This document shows positions 9,765 through 19,544 of a stretch of 38,642 bases of DNA, in pieces. How positions within the stretch are numbered: the stretch's first letter is position 1; each line of letters opens with the position of its first letter. The position numbers were made by a program, and so were the translations under genes. Source of the DNA: Candidatus Omnitrophota bacterium (GTDB lineage Bacteria; Omnitrophota; Gorgyraeia; Gygaellales; Profunditerraquicolaceae). Location of the stretch: contig JAZDLL010000031.1 of assembly GCA_043802105.1 (NCBI GenBank), forward strand, positions 1 to 38,642, read 5' to 3'. The notes beneath the pieces were generated by a model that saw only the letters and a program-made list of their open reading frames with translations, was not told the DNA's origin and ran no database searches.

Positions 9765-11462
9765 GTGTATATTAGCAACTATCGCCGAAGATGCGAGGCG
9801 GTATTTTTAATTTTCTTTATATTTCTTTTGCTTTGTGTGGGCCGCCTTTTTTTCATTCAGTTCTTCCGTTCGGATTATCTTACCGCAATAGCTAAAAAAC
9901 AACATAATCAGCTGGTGGAGCTTGAACCGCGGCGCGGGGTAATCTATGACTGTAATCTTAAAGCTCAGGCTTTTAATATGTCCATGGATTCTCTTTATGG
10001 CGTGCCGATAGAGATTAAAAATAAAGAGGTAGTGATTAATCAATTACAGTCAATACTTGGTCTGGAGCACAGTTACCTTGAGGAAAGATTGAATCGTAAA
10101 AAATCGTTTATTTGGTTGGTGCGTAAACTTACCCCCGAGAAGTCCGCAGCAATTAAAAATTTAAATATTAAAGGATTAGGGTTTCTCAGGGAAACTAAGC
10201 GGATCTATCCCAATAGTTATTTGGCTAGCCACATCATTGGTTTTAGCGGAATGGATAATGTCGGACTGGAGGGGGTAGAGAGGGGTTTTGACAATTATTT
10301 AAAAGGGGTCCCTGGCTGGGCTATTTTTTTACGCGATGCCCGACTAAAAAAATTAGATATTTGGGAGAAGATGGTGGTCCCCCAAGACGGCCTGGATCTG
10401 GTTTTAACTATCGATGAGGTTATTCAATATATTGCCGAAAGAGAACTGGAGAAGGCCTTTATTAATTTTCATGCCAAGGGTGCCAGCATCGTGGTCATGG
10501 ATCCGCATACCGGTAGGATCTTAGCCATGGCTAACCGGCCGACCTATGATTTAAATGATCATTCCGCAGTGGGCAAGGATATGATGCGTAACCGGGCGAT
10601 TTGTGATTTATTTGAGCCAGGTTCAGTATTTAAAATCGTTACGGCTTCGGCTGCGCTGGAAGAAAAAAAAGTTACTGAAGAGGATGTATTTTTCTGTGAA
10701 AATGGCTCCTACCAGGTAGGTGGACGTATTTTACATGACCACCAGCCACATGGCAATCTTACCTTTAGGCAGGTGATTGAGGAGTCTAGTAATATAGGTA
10801 CCGTTAAAGTGGCTCAGCTTTTAGGCCAGGATACGCTTTACCAATACGTCAGGGCGTTTGGTTTTGGCTCCAAGTTAGGGATTGATCTTTCCGGTGAGAT
10901 ATCGGGAATGATCCGGCCGGTGCGCCTTTGGTCAAAAACATCCATTACCTCCATACCGATGGGCCAAGAGGTAGGCGTGACTACCCTGCAATTAGCCGGT
11001 GCGATATCCGTAATTGCCAACGGAGGGCAATTAATGAAACCCTATATTATTGATTCCGTGCGCGATAATCAAGGCCGCATTATAAAACAAAACAAACCGG
11101 TATTAATCCGCAAAGTGATTTCCGTAGATACGGCGATGCGGATTAAAAAAATCCTGACCGGCGTAATTGAGGAGGGGACGGGGAAATTAGCCAAGGTGTT
11201 GGGTTTTAGCGCCGCGGGAAAAACCGGAACCGCCCAGAAGCTTGAGCCCAATGGCACTTATTCTCATAACAAGTTCGTTGCTTCTTTTATCGGCTTTGCT
11301 CCCGCAGAGGATCCGTTATTAACTATCGTGGTAACTGTGGATGAGCCGCATCCGTATTATTTTGGCGGGGTAGTCGCCGCTCCGGTGTTTCAAAAAGTCG
11401 CTAGCGACGTCATTCGTTACTTAAAAGGAAACCAGCTACCCTTGGAGGCGATGGCGCAATGA
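9765..11462 (+). CDS. ftsI: Class B PBP, FtsI/PBP3 transpeptidase (no PASTA domain)
   Basis: N-terminal TM, RGVIYD, EPGSVFK (SxxK), SSN, KTGTAQK; GTG start. Confidence 0.93.
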   Translation: MYISNYRRRCEAVFLIFFIFLLLCVGRLFFIQFFRSDYLTAIAKKQHNQLVELEPRRGVIYDCNLKAQAFNMSMDSLYGVPIEIKNKEVVINQLQSILGLEHSYLEERLNRKKSFIWLVRKLTPEKSAAIKNLNIKGLGFLRETKRIYPNSYLASHIIGFSGMDNVGLEGVERGFDNYLKGVPGWAIFLRDARLKKLDIWEKMVVPQDGLDLVLTIDEVIQYIAERELEKAFINFHAKGASIVVMDPHTGRILAMANRPTYDLNDHSAVGKDMMRNRAICDLFEPGSVFKIVTASAALEEKKVTEEDVFFCENGSYQVGGRILHDHQPHGNLTFRQVIEESSNIGTVKVAQLLGQDTLYQYVRAFGFGSKLGIDLSGEISGMIRPVRLWSKTSITSIPMGQEVGVTTLQLAGAISVIANGGQLMKPYIIDSVRDNQGRIIKQNKPVLIRKVISVDTAMRIKKILTGVIEEGTGKLAKVLGFSAAGKTGTAQKLEPNGTYSHNKFVASFIGFAPAEDPLLTIVVTVDEPHPYYFGGVVAAPVFQKVASDVIRYLKGNQLPLEAMAQ

Positions 11463-12874
11463 AAATCGTAGATCTAGAAATTAAAGGCATTACTTGCAAC
11501 TCTCGACAGATAAAGAAAGGCTTTCTGTTTGTGGCGATCAAGGGTAATTCCCAGGATGGCAGCCGCTTTATAAAAGAAGCGATTGACCGGGGTGCGAGTA
11601 TTATCGTGGTACATAAAAAGCTACCGCCGATCAAGGCCCCGGGTAAAGCTATCTTTCTGGCGGTTAATGATTGCCGCAATTTTTTTGCGCAGGCGACGCA
11701 TCAGTTTTACGGAGCTCCTTCAAATAAGATTAAAGTTGCCGGGATTACCGGTACTAACGGCAAGACCACCATTTCGTATTTAATCGAGGCGCTGGCTAAA
11801 AAATCCGGCCGCCACTGCGGAGTGATCGGTACGATTAATTACCGTTTTAAAAATAAAACTGTGATTGCTAAAAATACAACTCCGGAAGCCGGCCAGCTGC
11901 AAAATCTGCTGATGAAGATGCATGCGCAAAAAGTAAGATATTGCGCGATGGAAGTTTCTTCTCATGCTTTAGACCAGGAGAGGGTGGCCGGGGTGAATTT
12001 TAGCCACGCTATTTTTACCAATCTTACCCAGGATCATTTGGATTATCATAAAAATATAGAAAACTATTTTTTAGCCAAAGCTAAGCTGTTTTTCGCTTTA
12101 GCGCCAACCAGCTGGGCGATTGTTAACAGCGATGATCAATACAGCCAGCGGATCAGGCAGTTAACTAAAGCTAAAGTTTTAACCTACGGAATAAAGAATA
12201 AATCGCAGGTGATGGCTAAAGAGATTAATTTTGGTATGCACTTTACGGAGTTTTCTTTGGTTGCCGGGCGTACGAATATCAAAATAAAGACCAGTCTAGT
12301 GGGCCGTTATAATATTTATAATATTTTGGCGGCGGCGGCCTGGGGAATAAGTGAAAAATTGCCTATTCGAGATATCAAGTCGGCGATTGAGAAATTTAAA
12401 AATGTTCCTGGGCGCCTGCAGAGAGTTAATTGCTCAAGGGATTTTAGTATTTTTGTCGATTATGCGCATACTCCGGATGCGCTTTTTAATGTGATCAGTG
12501 CCTTAAGGCCGCTGGTAGCCGGAAAGATTATTGTCATCTTTGGTTGTGGCGGAGAGCGGGATAAGCTTAAACGCCCGCAGATGGGCAAAGTGGTTACGGA
12601 GTTGGCAGATTATGCGATTATTACCAGCGATAATCCCCGCTCTGAGCAGCCGGGCCGGATTATCAAGGATATTGAGCAAGGTATACAAAAAAATAATTAT
12701 TGTTCAATACCTGACCGCCTGCGGGCTATCGCTAAAGGTTTGTCCTTGTTGCAGAAAGGCGATTGTTTACTGATTGCCGGCAAAGGCCATGAAAATTACC
12801 AGATCTTAAAAAATAAAATGGTGCAGTTTAATGATCGAAAGGTTGTGCAAAAGTGTTTAGCATCGATGAAATAG
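11459..12874 (+). CDS. murE: UDP-MurNAc-dipeptide:meso-DAP ligase
   Basis: GTNGKTT, MEVSSHAL, DHLDYH, DYAHTPD; DNPR motif indicates meso-DAP specificity. Confidence 0.96.
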   Translation: MKIVDLEIKGITCNSRQIKKGFLFVAIKGNSQDGSRFIKEAIDRGASIIVVHKKLPPIKAPGKAIFLAVNDCRNFFAQATHQFYGAPSNKIKVAGITGTNGKTTISYLIEALAKKSGRHCGVIGTINYRFKNKTVIAKNTTPEAGQLQNLLMKMHAQKVRYCAMEVSSHALDQERVAGVNFSHAIFTNLTQDHLDYHKNIENYFLAKAKLFFALAPTSWAIVNSDDQYSQRIRQLTKAKVLTYGIKNKSQVMAKEINFGMHFTEFSLVAGRTNIKIKTSLVGRYNIYNILAAAAWGISEKLPIRDIKSAIEKFKNVPGRLQRVNCSRDFSIFVDYAHTPDALFNVISALRPLVAGKIIVIFGCGGERDKLKRPQMGKVVTELADYAIITSDNPRSEQPGRIIKDIEQGIQKNNYCSIPDRLRAIAKGLSLLQKGDCLLIAGKGHENYQILKNKMVQFNDRKVVQKCLASMK

Positions 12875-14208
12875 TTAGAGCGACCAAAGGCCTACTTATT
12901 CAAGGTAGGTTGGCCAATAAGGTAACGGGCATCTGTACTGATTCCAGGAGCCTGAAACCGCAAGAGGCGTTTCTGGCTTTACGGGGGAATAATTTTGACG
13001 GGCACGATTTTGTTGCTTGTGCCCTGAAGTTAAAAACTAAATGCTTGATTGTCCAGAATGTTCCGCAGGTTTCGGTCCCGGAGACTACGGCGCTGATTAA
13101 AGTTAAAGATACCAAGTTAGCTTTGGGCGATCTTGCTCGTTTTCAGAGAAATAAATTTAATCTGCCGGTAATTGCCGTTACCGGTTCCAACGGCAAGACG
13201 ACGACCAAGGAGATGATTGCTTGGGTATTGTCGGCTAATGCCCGGGTGCTTAAAAATGAGGGAACCAAAAACAATCAGATTGGCCTTCCCCAAACTTTAA
13301 TTCAGCTAACCAAAAAAGACAGTTTTGCCGTGGTGGAGATCGGCACTAATCATTTTGGGGAGGTGGATTATCTGGCTAAAATAGCCAGGCCCAATATCGG
13401 CGTGATTACTAATATTGGCCCCAGCCATCTTGAGTTTCTGAAAGATTTAAAAGGGGTGGCTAAAGAAAAAACTGCTTTACTGAAGAGCTTAGCTTGGCCG
13501 GCTATTGGATTGCTGAATGCCGATGACCAGGCATTTAAAGGCTTAATTAAGGCCCAGGCTAGAGTACAGCGTATATTTAGTTACGGCCTTGATGAAAAAA
13601 GTGATTTTCGCGCCTCGGCTATTAAGTTAAAAAATGGGAAGCTGGAATTTAGAGTTAACTCGAAGTTTAATTTCCGGATATCAAGTTTGGGGGGTTATAA
13701 TATTTATAATGCACTGCCTGCGATTGCCGTGGGCCGAATATTAGGATACAGCTATTCCCAGATACGGGCAAGATTGGCCGTATTTAAATTTCCTAAAGGC
13801 AGGCTAAACTTAGTGGAAGTTGGGGGTTTAAGGTTCATTGATGATACTTATAACTCCAATCCGTTCTCTTTAAATGCGGCCCTGACAGCTTTAGGCGCCA
13901 GCAGTTGTAAGGGAAGGAAAATTCTGATTATGGGAGATATGCTGGAGCTGGGTAAAGAAAAAGAGTTATTGCATAGGCAAATTGCTTGGAGTATAACTAA
14001 TACTTGCGACCTGTTAATTGCGGTAGGCAGCTTATCCCGGATCACTGCGCAGGAGGCCAGCCAGCAGGGTTTTAAGCATATATTTTGTTGCGACAATGCC
14101 CTGCAGGCCAGGGATTTATTATTTAAAAAGGTATTGCCGAAGGCCAGCGATTTAATCTTGGTTAAAGGTTCTCGGTCAATGAAAATGGAAGAGGTTTTAA
14201 GAGCTTAA
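12853..14208 (+). CDS. murF: UDP-MurNAc-tripeptide:D-Ala-D-Ala ligase
   Basis: GSNGKTTTK, DDTYNSNP, GDMLELG, VKGSR. Confidence 0.96.
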   Translation: MFSIDEIVRATKGLLIQGRLANKVTGICTDSRSLKPQEAFLALRGNNFDGHDFVACALKLKTKCLIVQNVPQVSVPETTALIKVKDTKLALGDLARFQRNKFNLPVIAVTGSNGKTTTKEMIAWVLSANARVLKNEGTKNNQIGLPQTLIQLTKKDSFAVVEIGTNHFGEVDYLAKIARPNIGVITNIGPSHLEFLKDLKGVAKEKTALLKSLAWPAIGLLNADDQAFKGLIKAQARVQRIFSYGLDEKSDFRASAIKLKNGKLEFRVNSKFNFRISSLGGYNIYNALPAIAVGRILGYSYSQIRARLAVFKFPKGRLNLVEVGGLRFIDDTYNSNPFSLNAALTALGASSCKGRKILIMGDMLELGKEKELLHRQIAWSITNTCDLLIAVGSLSRITAQEASQQGFKHIFCCDNALQARDLLFKKVLPKASDLILVKGSRSMKMEEVLRA

Positions 14209-15293
14209 TGCTTTACCATCTGTTTTATCCCCTGCGGGATTACATTTTTGCTTTCAATGTCTTTCGCTATATTACTTTCCGGGCGGCCATGGCGGCTTTA
14301 ACTGCCTTTGTACTTAGCCTGATTTTTGGCCCCTTGTTAATTAATAAATTAAAAGCCTTAAAAGTCGGAGAAAAGATCAATAAAGCGGATAGCCAAAAGC
14401 TAGATGATTTACTCCACCATAAGGAAAGTACCCCGACGATGGGCGGGATCCTTATCTTGGGTGTAGTGATAATTTCAACGCTGCTTTGGGCGGATGTCAC
14501 GCACCAATGTATTTGGATTGTTTTGTTCAGTACGATTTGGCTGGGTTTGACGGGTTTTGCCGATGATTATTTAAAGCAGATAAAAAAGAAGTCTAGAGGA
14601 TTACCCCCGAAAGTAAAATTTGCCAGCCAGGTTATTCTTGGCCTGATCTTGGGAGGGATTCTTATTTATAGCCAGTATAGCGTTAATCTTGAAATACCTT
14701 TTTTAAAAGAGGTAAATCTGAATTTAGATGGTTTATATATTTTATTTGTAATTTTGGTGATTGCCGGTACTTCTAACGCTGTCAATCTTACGGATGGCTT
14801 AGATGGGCTGGCGATCGGTATTGTGGTGATGGTGGCGATCGCTTTTACTATACTTTGCTATGTTTCCGGTAATATTAATTTAAGCCGTTATTTGCTCATT
14901 CCTTATATTAAAGGCGGCGGAGAGTTGACCATTTTTTGCTCCAGCATTATTGGAGCTGGCTTGGGGTTTTTATGGTTTAACTGTTATCCGGCTACAATTT
15001 TTATGGGAGATGTCGGTTCACTGGCTTTGGGCGGGGCAATCGGGACAGTGGCTTTATTAATAAAAAAAGAGATGCTGCTTATAATTGTGGGAGGGATATT
15101 TGTGGTAGAGGCACTTTCCGTTATACTGCAAGTAGGTTCTTATAAGCTGACTAAAAAACGTCTTTTTAAGATTGCCCCTTTGCACCACCATTTTCAGTTT
15201 TTGAACTGGCCTGAGAATAAAGTAATTGTCAGGTTTTGGATTATTGCGGGTCTACTTGCCCTGTTTACCTTGGTTACCTTGAAGATCAGGTAA
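14208..15293 (+). CDS. mraY: Phospho-MurNAc-pentapeptide transferase
   Basis: TPTMGG, DD, NLTDGLDG, FMGDVGS, APLHHHF; multiple TMs. Confidence 0.98.
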   Translation: MLYHLFYPLRDYIFAFNVFRYITFRAAMAALTAFVLSLIFGPLLINKLKALKVGEKINKADSQKLDDLLHHKESTPTMGGILILGVVIISTLLWADVTHQCIWIVLFSTIWLGLTGFADDYLKQIKKKSRGLPPKVKFASQVILGLILGGILIYSQYSVNLEIPFLKEVNLNLDGLYILFVILVIAGTSNAVNLTDGLDGLAIGIVVMVAIAFTILCYVSGNINLSRYLLIPYIKGGGELTIFCSSIIGAGLGFLWFNCYPATIFMGDVGSLALGGAIGTVALLIKKEMLLIIVGGIFVVEALSVILQVGSYKLTKKRLFKIAPLHHHFQFLNWPENKVIVRFWIIAGLLALFTLVTLKIR

Positions 15294-15300
15294 ACCACCA

Positions 15301-16581
15301 ATGCGCAACAGCGAATACTTTAAAAATAAAAAAGTTACGATTATCGGTTTGGCACGTTCCGGAGTGGCTTGCGCTAATCTTTTGCACGGATTAGGCGCTT
15401 TGGTCAGTGTTACCGATATTAAGGACGACCCGCAAAGCCGTCAAGCTGTTGCTAAGCTCTGTTCGCCTGAAATAAAAGTGGAATTAGGTAAACATAGCCG
15501 GGAGGGGATTAAGCAGGCGGATGTCGTGGTGATTTCTCCCGGTGTACCGCTGGATTCCTTACCTGCTAACTGGGCCAGGGAATTTGATAAATTACTGATT
15601 AGTGAGATTGAGGTTGCTAGTATTCTGTGCCCAGCGCAGATGATTGCCGTAACCGGCTCCAACGGAAAAACCACAGTTACTACTTTAATCGGTAACCTTC
15701 TGGTTGCTGCTGGCAAAAAGGTTTTTGTCTGCGGCAATATCGGTAATCCTTTTTGCGGTGAAGTTGCCAAGATGCAAGAGAGTGATTGGGTGGTTTTAGA
15801 AGTGAGTTCTTTCCAGCTGGAGACGATTAAAGATTTTAAACCTAAAATTGCGGTTATTTTGAACTGCACCCCTAACCACCTGGACCGTTATAACAGCTTG
15901 CAGGAATATTTAGCAGCCAAAAAGCGTATTTTTATGAATCAGGGCCAGGATGATTTTTTGGTTTTAAACGCCCGGGACCCGGCTTTAAACTCTTGGGCAT
16001 CTGGGCTTAAGCCCAAAGTAGTTTTTTTTGTTAAAGGTGACCAATTAAACCCTAATCAAAGCGCGGTGATGGCAGTGGGCAAAATCCTGGGAGTGGAACC
16101 GGAAAAGATGCAAAAAGTTTTTCAAGAGTTTAAGGGGATTGAGCACCGGATGGAAGAGGTAGCCCAGATAAACAGGATAAAATTCATCAATGATTCTAAA
16201 GCTACGACTGCGGATTCGGCTATTTGGGCGATCAGCAATATTACTTCACCGATCATGCTGATTGCCGGAGGCCGGCATAAAGGAATTGATTATCAGGTAA
16301 TTCTTGAAGCGGCCAAGGGTAAAGTTTTACATGCCTTTTTGATCGGAGAGGCCAAAGATATAATTGCTTCCGATCTTAAAAGAGGAGGTTTCTCAATTGA
16401 TAAGGCGGATACTCTAAAGGAAGCGGTAATTAAAGCCTATCGACAGGCCAAGCCGGGATATACGGTGTTGTTGTCTCCGATGTGTTCAAGTTATGATATG
16501 TTTACGGATTATGAAGAGCGGGGCAGGGCTTTTAAACGGATCGTTTTGGATTTAGAGCAAGCAGAAAAAAATCATGGTTAG
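15301..16581 (+). CDS. murD: UDP-MurNAc-L-Ala:D-Glu ligase
   Basis: SPG, GSNGKTT, GNIG, EVSSFQL, NHLDRY, NDSKAT, LLSPMCSSYD. Confidence 0.96.
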   Translation: MRNSEYFKNKKVTIIGLARSGVACANLLHGLGALVSVTDIKDDPQSRQAVAKLCSPEIKVELGKHSREGIKQADVVVISPGVPLDSLPANWAREFDKLLISEIEVASILCPAQMIAVTGSNGKTTVTTLIGNLLVAAGKKVFVCGNIGNPFCGEVAKMQESDWVVLEVSSFQLETIKDFKPKIAVILNCTPNHLDRYNSLQEYLAAKKRIFMNQGQDDFLVLNARDPALNSWASGLKPKVVFFVKGDQLNPNQSAVMAVGKILGVEPEKMQKVFQEFKGIEHRMEEVAQINRIKFINDSKATTADSAIWAISNITSPIMLIAGGRHKGIDYQVILEAAKGKVLHAFLIGEAKDIIASDLKRGGFSIDKADTLKEAVIKAYRQAKPGYTVLLSPMCSSYDMFTDYEERGRAFKRIVLDLEQAEKNHG

Positions 16582-17668
16582 AAAAACGCGCATTAACCTG
16601 CTGACTGTATCGATCGTGCTGGTATGTATCGGCATTGTAATGATCTATAGTTCTTCCAGTATTTATGCCTGGGAAAGGTATCAAGATAGTTTTTATTTTT
16701 TAAAGCGGCATTTATCTTTTTTATTCGTAGGCGTACTGCTGGCCTTCTTAGCGATGGTTATTGATTACCGTTTTTTCAGGAAATACGCGCACTGGATGAT
16801 TTGGATTGCGCTGGCTTTATTGGTTTTAGTGCTGATTCCCGGATTTGGCCGGGAAGTCTCCGGAGCCCGGCGCTGGTTTAGATTTAAATTTGTCAGTTTT
16901 CAACCGTCGGAGTTTGCTAATTTGGCGCTGATTATTTATATTGCTGATTTTGTTGCTCGTAAAGAAGACAAAATCAAGATGCTGGTGGCCGGTTTTCTGC
17001 CGGCGATGTGTATGTTGGCAGCCGTGGCTTTGCTAATACTTTTGCAGCCGGATTTAGGCACGGTGATCGCCTTAGGCAGCGTAATTTTAATTATGCTTTT
17101 TATAGCCGGAGTCAGAGGCAGGTATATTTTATCTTTGTTACTTTGTAGCCTGCCGGTGCTTTATCTACTAGTTTTTAGCGTGCCTTACCGACGAGCCAGA
17201 ATTTTAGCTTTTTTAAACCCCTGGCTTGATCCTAAGGGAACGGGCTTTCAGATTATTCAATCGCAGGTGGCTATCGGTTCGGGGGGGGTATTCGGAAGGG
17301 GGTTGGGGCACTCTCAACAGAAACTTTTTTATCTTCCGGCAGCCCATACGGATTTTATTTTCTCCATTATTGGTGAGGAGCTGGGCTTGCTGGGCACCTT
17401 GGGGATAATTGCGTTGTTTATGGTCTTTATTCAGCAGGGGCTTAAGATCATTAAGAATGCCCAGGACAGGTTCGGATATTTTCTTGCTTTGGGGTTAATT
17501 TTAATGATCTCGCTTAAAGCGATTATTAATATCGGAGTTTCTTGCGGAGTATTCCCGACCAAGGGGTTACCGTTGCCGTTTATTAGCTATGGCGGTTCTT
17601 CGCTAATCTTTGATATGGTGAGCCTGGGTATTTTAATTAATATTGCACGTTGCGGAGAGTATCCTTAA
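16574..17668 (+). CDS. ftsW: SEDS peptidoglycan polymerase FtsW
   Basis: GARRW, QPSEF, QPDLG, LPAAHTDFIF, PFISYGGSS. Confidence 0.96.
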   Translation: MVRKTRINLLTVSIVLVCIGIVMIYSSSSIYAWERYQDSFYFLKRHLSFLFVGVLLAFLAMVIDYRFFRKYAHWMIWIALALLVLVLIPGFGREVSGARRWFRFKFVSFQPSEFANLALIIYIADFVARKEDKIKMLVAGFLPAMCMLAAVALLILLQPDLGTVIALGSVILIMLFIAGVRGRYILSLLLCSLPVLYLLVFSVPYRRARILAFLNPWLDPKGTGFQIIQSQVAIGSGGVFGRGLGHSQQKLFYLPAAHTDFIFSIIGEELGLLGTLGIIALFMVFIQQGLKIIKNAQDRFGYFLALGLILMISLKAIINIGVSCGVFPTKGLPLPFISYGGSSLIFDMVSLGILINIARCGEYP

Positions 17669-17669
17669 G

Positions 17670-18749
17670 ATGCGCATTTTAGTTGCTACCGGCTCTAGCG
17701 GAGGACATATCTTTCCGGCAATTGCCCTGGTGGAGGCATTAAAAGATTCCGGCGCCCAGGTGCTTTTAGTTTTACCGCAAAAAGCCCGTCAGAATAATAT
17801 TTCGGTTGCTACCGGGCAAATAAAATATATACCCGCGGCGGTTTTAAGTTTTAGCGTAAGCAGTAAAAATATAGTTGGCCTTTACTTTTTTTTAGCTGGC
17901 GCCTGGGAGTCTTTACGGATTGTTATGAAATTTAAACCGCAGGTCGTGGTAGGATTCGGCAGTTTGAATACGGTGGCTTTAATTTTTTGGGCCTGGTTAT
18001 TTAGGATAAAAACGATAATTCATGAACAAAATGTTATTTGCGGCCGGGCAAATAGAGTGTTAGCCAAGTTGGTAGATAAAGTGGCGGTATCTTTTAGACA
18101 AACTGCCGACTACTTAAATGTCTCGCCGGAAAAGATTGTTTTCACCGGTAATCCTCTGCGTAAGGATTTGCTTGGGCTAAATAAGGCAGCGGCGCTGGAG
18201 TTTTTTAGCTTTAAAGAAGGAAAATTAACTATTTTAATTACGGGTGGTAGCCAGGGAGCGCATAATTTAAATGCTGTTTGCCTGGAGGCGCTGGCTAGCC
18301 ATCCCAGGCAGGAGGCTTTCCAGGTAATCCATATTTCCGGAGTGGAGGATTTTACCTGGCTAATAAACGGGTATGCCGCAACAACTTTGACTTATAAACT
18401 TTTTGATTTCTTTTCGCAGATGCAATACGCTTATAGCGTAGCCGACCTGATAATTTGCCGGGCCGGGGCAACTACGATCGCCGAGCTGCAAAAATTTAAG
18501 ATTCCGGCCATCCTGATTCCTTATCCTTTTGCTTATGCGCATCAATTGGCTAATGCCCAGGTTCTGGGGAATCTTAAAGCCGCTTTGATTATTCAGGATC
18601 GGGAATTGACTCCGGAAAGATTAAGGGGGATATTTACGCAGCTTCTAGCAGATCCGCAGAAGCTAGAAGCTATGCATCAGGCGTATATGGGATTTCAGGA
18701 TTTTGATGCGGCGGGGCTGTTGGCTAAAGAAGTTTTGGCCGCCGTTTAA
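17670..18749 (+). CDS. murG: Lipid II GlcNAc transferase
   Basis: GGHIFPA, HEQN, GNPLR, GGSQGA, RAGATT, HQLANA; start set at ATG 17670, just after the ftsW stop. Confidence 0.95.
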   Translation: MRILVATGSSGGHIFPAIALVEALKDSGAQVLLVLPQKARQNNISVATGQIKYIPAAVLSFSVSSKNIVGLYFFLAGAWESLRIVMKFKPQVVVGFGSLNTVALIFWAWLFRIKTIIHEQNVICGRANRVLAKLVDKVAVSFRQTADYLNVSPEKIVFTGNPLRKDLLGLNKAAALEFFSFKEGKLTILITGGSQGAHNLNAVCLEALASHPRQEAFQVIHISGVEDFTWLINGYAATTLTYKLFDFFSQMQYAYSVADLIICRAGATTIAELQKFKIPAILIPYPFAYAHQLANAQVLGNLKAALIIQDRELTPERLRGIFTQLLADPQKLEAMHQAYMGFQDFDAAGLLAKEVLAAV

Positions 18750-18764
18750 TTTTATAAGGAGCTT

Positions 18765-19544
18765 ATGTTTACTTGGATACGTCAGGCTGGATTATCGCTG
18801 GTGATTTTATTTCTGCCGCTAGTTGTTTTAGCTTCGGATCAGGCCTGGCAGGAAGTTAAAAGTACGCACTTTAAAGTTTTTTATAAAAACGCTCCGGAGG
18901 ATATACTTAATCAATTAACTCAGAAGGCCGAAGAGAGCTATGATTCCATTGCCAATGAGTTAGGTTTTAACCGTTTTAATTTTTGGACTTGGGATAACCG
19001 GGCCAGAATCTATCTGTTTGATAATCAGGATGAATATATGAAAGCTACGCTAAGCTATAATTGGTCCGGTGGCCAGGTGAGTATTGGCCCTAAGCTCATC
19101 CAGAGCTATGTCGGAGCGCCGGGTTTTTTGCAGAATGTTCTTCCGCATGAACTAGCGCATATCGTTTTTATCGAAATGGTTGGTTTTAATAATCCGGCTG
19201 TGCCTTTGTGGCTTCAGGAAGGGGTGGCGGCTTATCAAGAGCAGGATATCTTTTCAGTTCGGGCGGAGTTATCCGATAAAATAAAACAAAACAACTATCT
19301 TGATTTGAATGCTTTAAACAGCTTTCAGATCAGAAGCTCAAACAGCGAAAGGGTTAGACTTTTTTATGCGGAATCTTATAGCCTGGTTAAATATCTGGTC
19401 GCGGAGTTTGGTAAGGAGTCCTTTGTAGATTTCTGCCGCGCCCTGCGGGATAGCCGGAATCTGATGGTGGCCTTGTCCAGGGTTTATGCTTTTAAAAATT
19501 TCAATGAATTTCAAGAGGCCTGGAAAGCATATATATTAAGATGA
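18765..19544 (+). CDS. Secreted zinc metallopeptidase (gluzincin, MA-clan-like)
   Basis: Signal peptide, HELAH, PLWLQEGVA third-ligand motif, downstream Tyr (FYAESY); RBS AAGGAG. Confidence 0.82.
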   Translation: MFTWIRQAGLSLVILFLPLVVLASDQAWQEVKSTHFKVFYKNAPEDILNQLTQKAEESYDSIANELGFNRFNFWTWDNRARIYLFDNQDEYMKATLSYNWSGGQVSIGPKLIQSYVGAPGFLQNVLPHELAHIVFIEMVGFNNPAVPLWLQEGVAAYQEQDIFSVRAELSDKIKQNNYLDLNALNSFQIRSSNSERVRLFYAESYSLVKYLVAEFGKESFVDFCRALRDSRNLMVALSRVYAFKNFNEFQEAWKAYILR

